From the NCBI RefSeq assembly GCF_003945235.1, contig NZ_RSDW01000001.1:6120257-6152256 (forward strand): a DNA stretch of 32,000 nt. Reading direction: 5' to 3'. Of this stretch, positions 22,264 through 30,121 are shown piece after piece. The notes beneath the pieces are model-generated. The model saw nothing but the letters and a program-made list of their open reading frames with translations. It searched no databases and was not told where the DNA came from. Within the stretch, counting starts at the first letter, position 1. Each line of letters begins with the position of its first letter. The translations under genes and the position numbers were made by a program. Source of the DNA: Edaphobacter aggregans (GTDB lineage Bacteria > Acidobacteriota > Terriglobia > Terriglobales > Acidobacteriaceae).

Positions 22264-24429
22264 ATGTCTATGGCTACAGAGCGGGTTGTGAGTGAAGAAC
22301 AGGGTAGCGAGCATTTGAATGCGCTGGCGAAGGCGGCTTCGGCGTATCTGCGGTCAGCGAAGCATCAGCCGGTGGAGTGGCAGCAGTGGGGTGAAGAGGC
22401 GTTTGCCCAGGCGGAGGCGGAGGATAAGCCGATCCTGCTGGATATCGGCGCGGTGTGGTGTCACTGGTGCCACGTGATGGATCGCGAGTCGTATGAGGAT
22501 GCAGAGACGGCGAAGGTGATCAACGACCACTTTGTTGCGGTGAAGGTGGATCGGGACGAGCGGCCGGATGTGGATACGCGGTATCAGGCGGCGGTGTCGG
22601 CGATCAGTGGGCAGGGCGGTTGGCCTTTGACGGCTTTTTTGACACCGGATGGGAAGCCTTTCTTTGGGGGGACTTATTTCCCGCCGGAGGATCGGCATGG
22701 GCGGCCTAGCTTTCGGCGAGTGCTGCTGACGATGGCCGAGGCTTTTCAGGATCGGCGGAGCGAGGTGGATGAGTCGGCCGGTAGCGTGATGCGGGCGATT
22801 GAACATAATGAGTCGTTCATGGGGAGGAGCGGGAATCCGGGGCCGGAGCTGGTGGCTAAGCTGGTGTCGTCGGCGCTGAAGCAGTTTGATGCGCGGTCGG
22901 GCGGGTTTGGGTCGCAGCCGAAGTTTCCGCATTCGGGGGCGATTGATCTGCTGCTGGATTCGGCTTCGCGGGTGTCGAGTGGTGCGGGAGCGGAGTCGGC
23001 GAAGACGGCGGCGATGGTGACCCTGCAGAAGATGTCCAGGGGCGGGATCTATGATCATCTGGCTGGTGGGTTTCATCGGTATTCGGTGGATGACCGCTGG
23101 GTGGTGCCCCACTTCGAGAAGATGTCGTACGACAACAGCGAGTTGCTGAAGAACTATGTCCATGCCTTCCAGACGTTTGTAGATCCGGAGTGTGCACGGG
23201 TGGCTCGCGAGATGATTCAGTGGATCGATGAATGGTTGAGTGATCGAGAGCGTGGCGGGTTCTATGCTTCGCAGGATGCAGACTACTCGCTGGATGATGA
23301 CGGGGACTACTTTACGTGGACGCGGGATGAGGCGGCGGAGGTTTTGACCGGCGAGGAGTTGGCGGTCGCGAGTGCTTATTACGACATCGGTGAGATTGGG
23401 GACATGCATCACAATCCGGCGAAGAATGTGCTGCATGTGCGGGGAACGCTGGAGGGCGTTGCGAAGTCGAACGGGATCTCGCTGGATGAAGCGAAAGGCC
23501 TGCTGGCTTCGGCAAAGGCGAAGTTGTATGCGGCGCGGCTTAAGCGGCCTACTCCTTATGTAGACAAGACGATTTATGTGGCGTGGAACGGGATGATGAT
23601 CTCGGCTTATCTGGAGGCGGGACGGGTGCTGGATATGCCGGAGGTTCGAGCGTTTGCGCTGAAGTCTCTGGATCGCGTGCTTGAGGGTGCGTGGCACGCT
23701 TCGACCGGAATGGCGCATGTGGTTGCGTATGGCGAGACTGGTGTTGCGGGTGCGCGGGTGGCGGGCGTGCTTGATGACTATGTGGCGCTCGGTCATGCAG
23801 CGCTGGATGCGTGGGAAGCGACCGGGGAGATGCGGTATTACACGGTCGCTGAAGAGATTGCGCAGAGTGCAGTGGCTCGGTTCTACGATCCGGTGGGACT
23901 GGGGTTCTTCGATACCGATGCCCCAGCAGATGGTGAGCAGAGACTGGGTGCGCTGACGGCGAGGAGGAAGCCGCTGCAGGATTCGCCTACGCCGGCTGGG
24001 AATTCGGTTGCGGCGGCTTTGCTGTTGCGGCTTGAGGCTTTGAATGGGCGCGAGGACTATGCGGTGAAGGCGCTTGAGACGCTGGAGACGTTCGCTGGCG
24101 TGGTGGAGCACTTTGGGCTATATGCGGCGAGTTATGGGCTGGCGTTGCAGCGGATGGTGCAGCGGTCGGTGCAGGTTTGTGTGATTGGAGACGATGCGGC
24201 AGCGCGGCGGCTGGAGACTGTGGCGTTGGCGCGGTATGCGGTCAACAAGAGCGTAATTCGTCTGCGGCGGGACCAGATGGGAGCGCTACCGCCGATGCTG
24301 GCTGAGACGCTGCCTCACCTACCGGGGCTGCAGGAGGGGAGTGTGGCGGTCGTTTGCAGTAGCAAGGGATGTTTGCCGCCGGTGCGGACCGCCGATGAGT
24401 TGATTGAGGCTATGAATCAGTCGTTGTAA
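22264..24429 (+). CDS. thioredoxin-domain (DUF255/YyaL, COG1331-type) protein with a glycoside-hydrolase-like alpha/alpha toroid
   Basis: 721 aa. The N-terminus reads EEAFAQAEAEDKPILLDIGAVWCHWCHVMDRESYED...VAVKVDRDERPDVD...GGWPLTAFLTPDGKPFFGGTYFP, which is typical of the family. Confidence 0.9.
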   Translation: MSMATERVVSEEQGSEHLNALAKAASAYLRSAKHQPVEWQQWGEEAFAQAEAEDKPILLDIGAVWCHWCHVMDRESYEDAETAKVINDHFVAVKVDRDERPDVDTRYQAAVSAISGQGGWPLTAFLTPDGKPFFGGTYFPPEDRHGRPSFRRVLLTMAEAFQDRRSEVDESAGSVMRAIEHNESFMGRSGNPGPELVAKLVSSALKQFDARSGGFGSQPKFPHSGAIDLLLDSASRVSSGAGAESAKTAAMVTLQKMSRGGIYDHLAGGFHRYSVDDRWVVPHFEKMSYDNSELLKNYVHAFQTFVDPECARVAREMIQWIDEWLSDRERGGFYASQDADYSLDDDGDYFTWTRDEAAEVLTGEELAVASAYYDIGEIGDMHHNPAKNVLHVRGTLEGVAKSNGISLDEAKGLLASAKAKLYAARLKRPTPYVDKTIYVAWNGMMISAYLEAGRVLDMPEVRAFALKSLDRVLEGAWHASTGMAHVVAYGETGVAGARVAGVLDDYVALGHAALDAWEATGEMRYYTVAEEIAQSAVARFYDPVGLGFFDTDAPADGEQRLGALTARRKPLQDSPTPAGNSVAAALLLRLEALNGREDYAVKALETLETFAGVVEHFGLYAASYGLALQRMVQRSVQVCVIGDDAAARRLETVALARYAVNKSVIRLRRDQMGALPPMLAETLPHLPGLQEGSVAVVCSSKGCLPPVRTADELIEAMNQSL

Positions 24430-24434
24430 GGCTG

Positions 24435-24989
24435 GTGCAAATGCTACGAGTGAATTCCAACCTGGTGGTTATCACGGGAGGACCCGGAACAGGGAAGACG
24501 ACGGTCCTCCAAGAGTTGGAACGGCGAGGTTTTGCCTGTGTCGCGGAGGTGGCGCGACAAATCATTCTGGAGCAGGTGCATGCCAGAGGCGACGCGCTTC
24601 CGTGGGCGAACACGGAACGGTATTGCGAGTTGATGCTGAAGCGCTCCGTTGATTCGTTTCTGAAACATGATCCTGCGTATGCGATCACGTTTTGCGATCG
24701 AGGAATTCCGGACACGCTTTGTTATGCGCGTTTGATCCGGTCTCCGCGGGAGAGTGAGATTCTGGAGGCCTGCCGGGTAAACAGATATGCCAGCAGGGTG
24801 TTTCTGGCTCCGCCATGGCGGGAGATTTACGAGACCGATGCAGAACGTAAACAGACCTATGAGGACGCCGTGCGGACATACGAGCAGATGAAGCTGGCTT
24901 ATCAGGATTGCGGCTATGAGTTAGGCGAGATTCCCCGGCTTGATACTGCGAGTCGCGCTGACTTCATTCTGGATCATTTGCCTGGATGA
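24435..24989 (+). CDS. AAA_28-type P-loop ATPase/kinase-like protein
   Basis: 184 aa. Walker A VVITGGPGTGKTTVLQEL. The overall pattern resembles NadR-C/AAA_28 small ATPases (FCDRGIPDTLCYARL). Confidence 0.72.
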   Translation: MQMLRVNSNLVVITGGPGTGKTTVLQELERRGFACVAEVARQIILEQVHARGDALPWANTERYCELMLKRSVDSFLKHDPAYAITFCDRGIPDTLCYARLIRSPRESEILEACRVNRYASRVFLAPPWREIYETDAERKQTYEDAVRTYEQMKLAYQDCGYELGEIPRLDTASRADFILDHLPG

Positions 24990-24994
24990 GATGG

Positions 24995-25924
24995 TCAGGT
25001 TCCGAAGGTTTGTTGAACGGGTGGAGCGGTGGGGTCTGATTTCTGTTGTACGACCAGCATGTTGGAGGAGATGCCTAGAGGGATTCCTTCTTTCTCGAAG
25101 GCCAGGATGATGCGGCGGCGGAGTTCGCGGAGGACGCCGTCACGCTGGTTGGCACGGACGCGGGTGTTGATGAGGTAGATGATTTCGCGGCCGCGGATGT
25201 CGTTGATGCCGAGGACTTCGGGGTCGGAGATGGTGATGTCCTTGAAGGCGGAGTCCTGGCGGATGTCGGTGGCCAGCTTGCGGAGGACTGCCATGACGGT
25301 GTCGGGGTTGGCGCTGGCGTCGACGCTGACGGAGAGCGAGGCGACGGAGAAGTCGCGGGAGAGATTGGAGACGGTGGCGATCTGACTGTTGGGGATGATG
25401 TAGAGGGTGCCGTCGCCGTCGCGGAGGCGGGTGCTGCGGAGAGAGAGGTCTTCGACGGTGCCCTTGAGGCCGGCGAGGGAGACGGTTTCGCCGACGTTGT
25501 ACTGGTCTTCCATGAGAATGAAGACGCCGTTCAGCATGTCCTTGAAGATGGATTGCGCTCCGAGGCCTATGCCGACGCCGAGAATGCCGGCTGAGGCTAG
25601 TAGCGGCTGATACGGGATGTCAAAGATGTTCAGAACCTGCAGAAAAGAGATGAAGAGGATGAGGCCGTACGCCGTGGCGCGAATAATGGAGGCCATGGTG
25701 CGGAGCTGGGCGGCACGGTGGAAGTTGCCGACCTGCTGATCGGCGCGCTGGCGGAGTCCTTTGACAAAGAACAGGACGACTCGCTGCATGATAAAGAAGA
25801 GGATCAGGACGACGGCGAGCTTGGGTAACTTATCGTGGAAGAAGGAGATTACGTCTTCGCTCCAGTCCTGTCCGATCGTTTTGAAGATGTGTTCACCTTG
25901 CGGGGTCATGGCCAGAAGGAGCAT
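24995..25924 (-). CDS. small-conductance mechanosensitive channel (MscS family)
   Basis: 309 aa with three TM helices, then the MscS signature (AGILGVGIGLGAQSIFKDMLNGVFILMEDQYNVGETVSLAGLKGTVEDLSLRSTRLRDGDGTLYIIPNSQI). Confidence 0.9.
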   Translation of the reverse strand: MLLLAMTPQGEHIFKTIGQDWSEDVISFFHDKLPKLAVVLILFFIMQRVVLFFVKGLRQRADQQVGNFHRAAQLRTMASIIRATAYGLILFISFLQVLNIFDIPYQPLLASAGILGVGIGLGAQSIFKDMLNGVFILMEDQYNVGETVSLAGLKGTVEDLSLRSTRLRDGDGTLYIIPNSQIATVSNLSRDFSVASLSVSVDASANPDTVMAVLRKLATDIRQDSAFKDITISDPEVLGINDIRGREIIYLINTRVRANQRDGVLRELRRRIILAFEKEGIPLGISSNMLVVQQKSDPTAPPVQQTFGT

Positions 25925-26041
25925 GATTGCAATATCTCACTTTCGCGCTTACGTGCTTTGAACAGGATGTGACAGCTTAGAGTTGGATGCAAGGCGGTGC
26001 GGGAGTCATGGGAAGCGCCATTGCGGGCGGGAGGGGGAGCC

Positions 26042-26425
26042 ATGAAAATTCTTCGGGCCGCGATCATGGGGGCTTTACTGTTGACCGGAAGCTCCGTCAT
26101 GTTGCACGGGCAACTGGGAAGGGGTTCGAATCAGACGCAAAACCCTCTGCCTCCGGTTGGCCAGGGCAATATGGGAGGATTGGGTGGGCGTAATGAAGCG
26201 CCGGATCCGCTTGGGCCCCGGATACAGGAGCAGCAGGCCAAGAGTCGGAATAGCGACAGACAGCGGAAATTGGTGGAGGACACCGAACGATTGCTGTCGC
26301 TGGCGGCTGACCTGAAGCAGCAGATGGGTAACACGGGCAAAGATGCTATGTCGGCAGATATGGTCAGGAAGGCCGAAGAGATCGAGAAGTTGGCCAAGAG
26401 CGTGAAGGAACGGATGAAGGGCTAA
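26042..26425 (+). CDS. small secreted protein, paralog 1 of a three-member family (conserved C-terminal helical module)
   Basis: ATG 26042 begins the signal peptide MKILRAAIMGALLLTGSSVMLHGQ. A low-complexity linker follows, then DRQRKLVEDTERLLSLAADLKQQMGNTGKDAMSADMVRKAEEIEKLAKSVKERMKG. The track's upstream start (25997) adds 15 non-signal residues, so I rejected it. Confidence 0.7.
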   Translation: MKILRAAIMGALLLTGSSVMLHGQLGRGSNQTQNPLPPVGQGNMGGLGGRNEAPDPLGPRIQEQQAKSRNSDRQRKLVEDTERLLSLAADLKQQMGNTGKDAMSADMVRKAEEIEKLAKSVKERMKG

Positions 26426-26436
26426 GGGGTTGTGCG

Positions 26437-26844
26437 ATGAAGATGTTTCGAGTGGCGATGTTTGGGGTGGTTTTCGCGGCCAGTAGTTTTGCGGTATCGG
26501 GTTTAGGCCAGGCAACACCGTCTTCGGGGGCACAGGCACAGCAATCGTCTGGGCCGGCGCGGGCGAGCAATGACGCCGCGACTTCAAGCAAGGCAGATGT
26601 GACGACGGCGAGCAAGTCTGGTGGGGCAGATGCAAACGCTCAGGCTGCCGCGGGGGCGCAGCAGGGGACTGACAAACAGAAGAAACTTGCGGCGGATACG
26701 GACAAACTTCTGGCGATGGCTACTGATTTAAAGCAACAGGTGGACAAGACAAATAAAGACGTTTTGTCGGTGGACGTGATCAAAAAAGCAGAAGAGATTG
26801 AGAAGCTGGCGCGGAGTCTGAAACAGGAGATGAAACAGCAGTAG
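26437..26844 (+). CDS. small secreted protein, paralog 2
   Basis: Signal peptide MKMFRVAMFGVVFAASSFAVSGLGQ. An Ala/Ser/Gln-rich linker follows, then DKQKKLAADTDKLLAMATDLKQQVDKTNKDVLSVDVIKKAEEIEKLARSLKQEMKQQ. AAGGGG lies 7 nt upstream of the ATG. Confidence 0.72.
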   Translation: MKMFRVAMFGVVFAASSFAVSGLGQATPSSGAQAQQSSGPARASNDAATSSKADVTTASKSGGADANAQAAAGAQQGTDKQKKLAADTDKLLAMATDLKQQVDKTNKDVLSVDVIKKAEEIEKLARSLKQEMKQQ

Positions 26845-26855
26845 CTCATCCTTTT

Positions 26856-27804
26856 TTACGGTGCTGCGGACGAGGCTTCTGCAGACGTCAGAAGCCACTT
26901 GCCATCTTTTAGCTTGCATGTGTAGTGGACTGTCTTTGGCTTAACCGCTTGTTCGGCTTCTTCGCCAAATCCTTGTGGGCTCATCTGCACGTCGAACGAA
27001 AAAGCCTGTTCACTGACTGTCACTTTGTTGATATCAGTTTCAAATTCATCAGGATTGCAGGAGTGGTTTTCCTGCGCGCACCACTGTGAGGGCAGGTGAT
27101 TTTCAACTCTGCCGAAAACTGTTGGCGCGCCGAATCTGTTTCGTCCGGGAAAATTCGAATCAGTTGTTTTTGCCGAGGATCATAGATGGATAACTTCGCG
27201 GATTGGACCGGATCGAAGTGGATCATGCTTTCTTCGAAGATGATGTTTCCATCGATTTTGCCAACACCCATCCCCATATTCCTGCGCTGAAGGTTAGATC
27301 CGTATTCAAGACCAAGACACATCCGGCGGATGGGTTGATATGCGTGTTGATCGTGATGAATCCGTCTTTTTCTGAGATGTCTTGCGCCGATCCCAGGCAA
27401 TTACTGGAGACCTGTTCCATGATGGTGCTGAAGCCTAGAAACGGAATTTTTGCGCCGTGCAGATCGGCTCGACGAAGTTGATGGATTTGTTCGTCATACC
27501 GGATGACATGCAACACCGATGGCAACCTGCCAGAAGCGTCGTCGTCGTAATAGGCGAGGAGGAATGGGGAGTTGTCAGAAGACACGGCGTAGCTGGTTAT
27601 GGGCTGCTGACGGTCGCTCGCGGAGAAGAGATTTACAGGAATTTTATGGGCGGTTAGAACGTCTGCCAGGGTTTCGGCACGGAGGGGTGTCATGGCGAGA
27701 AGGGCCATTGTTATCAATGCTGATAAGGCGATTCTCAATGCGGTTCCTCTTCGGAGATGATGCATCGAAAGCAGGGTTTTGGCTATTGATGTCTTGCGAA
27801 TCAA
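26856..27804 (-). pseudogene. secreted hypothetical protein gene, apparently interrupted by two single-base frame changes (or assembly errors)
   Basis: Frame A (track ORF 27223..27804) carries a signal peptide and reads as plausible protein up to ...TDLTFSAGIWG. Frame B (track ORF 27020..27400) is protein-like only from ...GMGVGKIDGNIIFEESMIHFDPVQSAKLSIYDPRQKQLIRIFPDETDSARQQFSAEL. A third frame is open from ~27180 to a TAA at 26856-26858. My translation of it is ...NHLPSQWCAQENHSCNPDEFETDINKVTVSEQAFSFDVQMSPQGFGEEAEQAVKPKTVHYTCKLKDGKWLLTSAEASSAAP. The junctions fall at a coding-strand GGGG run (27272-27275) and an AAAA run (27090-27093). 949 nt plus 2 gives 951, which is 317 codons. Confidence 0.45.
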
Positions 27805-27923
27805 GTTGGCTAACTGGTGTCGGTCGGAACGACTTGCGCAGAAGGGAGGAGAAGGAGTACAAGGGTTCGGCTTCGGGCGGACCTATATAGCCGCAGGGGC
27901 CCAGGAAGGGCTGGTGCAGGGCA

Positions 27924-28277
27924 ATGCTTCGAGCAGGTTTAACCGTTTTAGTACTGTGGATTGTGATGTCAGCGACGGGCTGGGGACAAGCGGCACAACA
28001 GGCGGAGCAGAGGGTGGTGGAGTCTCCGCAATCGATACAACATCCGCGATCTGGATTTTATGGGCACAGTTTTGTCGCCCAGCAGAAGGCGATGCGGAAT
28101 ATCGAGAGACAGGACAAGCTTGTTAACGATACGAACAAGTTGCTGGCGTTGGTGGCCAACTTCAATCAGACGGCAAATAAGAGTGGTACCGAGTTGTCGT
28201 CTGCAGATATGGCGAAGCGGGTTGAGGAGATTGAGAAGTTGGCGCGTAGTGTGAAGGAACGGATGCTCAAGGAATAG
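27924..28277 (+). CDS. small secreted protein, paralog 3
   Basis: Signal peptide MLRAGLTVLVLWIVMSATGWGQ, then ...ERQDKLVNDTNKLLALVANFNQTANKSGTELSSADMAKRVEEIEKLARSVKERMLKE. It shares an identical 15-nt string GTGAAGGAACGGATG with paralog 1 (26402-26416 vs 28251-28265). Confidence 0.72.
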   Translation: MLRAGLTVLVLWIVMSATGWGQAAQQAEQRVVESPQSIQHPRSGFYGHSFVAQQKAMRNIERQDKLVNDTNKLLALVANFNQTANKSGTELSSADMAKRVEEIEKLARSVKERMLKE

Positions 28278-28317
28278 GGCCCAGGAAGCGGGAATAGGAG
28301 CAACGGAACGGCGCTTA

Positions 28318-29937
28318 TCAGGGTTGGGCCAGGGCTGCGGTGGCGTCTACCTGCGGGACGGGTAATTGAGGGGATGGGACGGCGGTTGAGCGCATGACGC
28401 TGATGATGTGGTCTGCACTCCAGGTGGGGTGGGCGGCTCGGAGCAGGGCGGCGACTCCGGCGGCGAGAGGGGCGGAGGCGCTGGTGCCGATGGCCTGGAC
28501 GTAGGGTGTGTGGCCGAGATTGAAGCATCCGTAGCTGTGGGCGGAGTCTGTTGGTGGTCCGTCGGTTGTAGACGGGTTTCCTGAGCTGCAGGCGCCGCGT
28601 ACCCATCCGCTGACGGCCAGGTCTGTGCCTGAGGGGTAGCTCCCGCCGGGCGCGGCCAGGGCGTTGAGAGGGGTTCCGTGGTTGCTGTAGTAGGGGAGCG
28701 AGATGGGGCCAGGGGTGCAGGTGGCTCCGGCAGAGAGATTTTCGACGCAGGCTGGGTTGGTGGATGCGACGATGGCGAGGACGTTGCGGGATTGGGCGGG
28801 GATCTCCAGGTAGCGAGGGTTGGAGAGGTCGTAGCCGTCGTTGCCGGCTGCGGCGATGAGGATGACTCCGGCTTGGGAGGCAGCGTAGGTGACTTGATCG
28901 AAGACGGCTTTGAGACCTGCGCCGTCCCCGGTGCTGAGGTCGACGATGGTGCCGAGTGAGAGGGAGATGATGTCGGCGCGGTTGGTAACGGCGTCTTCGA
29001 TACCTTGCATGACCCAGCTGAGGAGGCCGGTGGCTTCTCCTGCGGTGCAGCTTGCGGCGAGGGTGCTGGTGCCTGCGATGGAGGCTGGGAGGCGTTCGAG
29101 GACCTTGATGTTGAGGAGGGTTGCGGCAGGGGCGACTCCTATGACCTGCCCGGTGCCGGGACCGATGGCGGCGGCGGCGAGAGAGGCGGTCCAGGTGCCA
29201 TGGCCGGTTTGATCTTGCGGGCTGCCGTCGTCGCAGGAGCTTGGTAGCGCGGATGGATCGACTTCGCTGAGGTTGAGGGCGAGGTTGGGGGCGATGTCGG
29301 GATGGTTGGCGTCGACGCCGCTGTCGAGGATGGCGATGCGGACGCCTTTGCCCATGGTGGTGTTCCAGGGGCCGTTGGAGGGGCCGCCGGGGACGTTATT
29401 GCCGTAGCCGCCCACCTGCTGGACGGCCCAATCCTGAGGCGAGGTGTAGTAGGTGTCGTAGGGCGCCTGCGGGCCGATGACTACGCTGAAGGTGGGGTGC
29501 AGGATGGGCTGGATGTGGAGGCGGTGGGCGGTGACGAGGCGGTCGTGGAGGACGTATTCGACGTTGGGCTGGGCGGCGAGCCGACGCATGGTGGTTGCGT
29601 CGTCTTCGGTGCTGAGGGACTGGGCGGCGATGATACCGAAGTGCGGATTGCGTTGGGTGAGGCGCGCTCCTGCAGAGAGGGTGCGGGTTTCGGCGTCGGC
29701 TGGGACGACGGCGTTTCGGTAGACGACGAGATAGTGGTGGGGGACGATGGGGCTTGGCTGGGCATTCTGCGCGTGAAGAGATGCGGCCAGGGCGAGGGAG
29801 AGAATCGCTGCTGCCTGTTTGAGCCACCGGGTCGGCGCGGTATCGTATTGCAACTGGGGCGAATATCGACGAGCGGACTGGGATGGGATGAGAGTGGACA
29901 CGGCAGCACCTCGGAGTAATTGCACTGGTGTCTGCAT
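28318..29937 (-). CDS. secreted subtilisin-like serine protease (peptidase S8) with inhibitor-I9 propeptide
   Basis: 539 aa. Catalytic contexts are Asp (VRIAILDSGVDANHPDI), His (DQTGHGTWTASLAAA), Asn (IAAAGNDG) and Ser (AIGTSASAPLAAGVAALL). An I9-like propeptide is present (HYLVVYRNAVVP...MRRLAAQPNVEYVLHDRLV). The exact start is uncertain: the hydrophobic signal segment begins ~40 residues after the ATG, and an in-frame TTG lies closer to it. Confidence 0.9.
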   Translation of the reverse strand: MQTPVQLLRGAAVSTLIPSQSARRYSPQLQYDTAPTRWLKQAAAILSLALAASLHAQNAQPSPIVPHHYLVVYRNAVVPADAETRTLSAGARLTQRNPHFGIIAAQSLSTEDDATTMRRLAAQPNVEYVLHDRLVTAHRLHIQPILHPTFSVVIGPQAPYDTYYTSPQDWAVQQVGGYGNNVPGGPSNGPWNTTMGKGVRIAILDSGVDANHPDIAPNLALNLSEVDPSALPSSCDDGSPQDQTGHGTWTASLAAAAIGPGTGQVIGVAPAATLLNIKVLERLPASIAGTSTLAASCTAGEATGLLSWVMQGIEDAVTNRADIISLSLGTIVDLSTGDGAGLKAVFDQVTYAASQAGVILIAAAGNDGYDLSNPRYLEIPAQSRNVLAIVASTNPACVENLSAGATCTPGPISLPYYSNHGTPLNALAAPGGSYPSGTDLAVSGWVRGACSSGNPSTTDGPPTDSAHSYGCFNLGHTPYVQAIGTSASAPLAAGVAALLRAAHPTWSADHIISVMRSTAVPSPQLPVPQVDATAALAQP

Positions 29938-30121
29938 CGGCGGGTTTGCGAAAACAGGCTAGAGAATTGGCGAACGTGTGCTATTACTTTGGTTTATCGC
30001 GGGAAGCAGGAGGAGCGATCGGGCTTGGTATTGGGTGGATTGACCCTGTCGGAGCCATCATGCTCTAATTGCCGCTTTGTGAAGCAAGTTGCGGTTTGTC
30101 GTTATTCAAGGAGACCTTTGC

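Noticed and set aside
27085-27280. Programmed -1 ribosomal frameshifting as the explanation for the two frame changes in the 26856..27804 gene.
   Set aside because: Neither junction has an X-XXY-YYZ slippery heptamer or an obvious downstream stimulatory structure. Two independent recoding events in one small gene are implausible, and mutation or sequencing error is more parsimonious.
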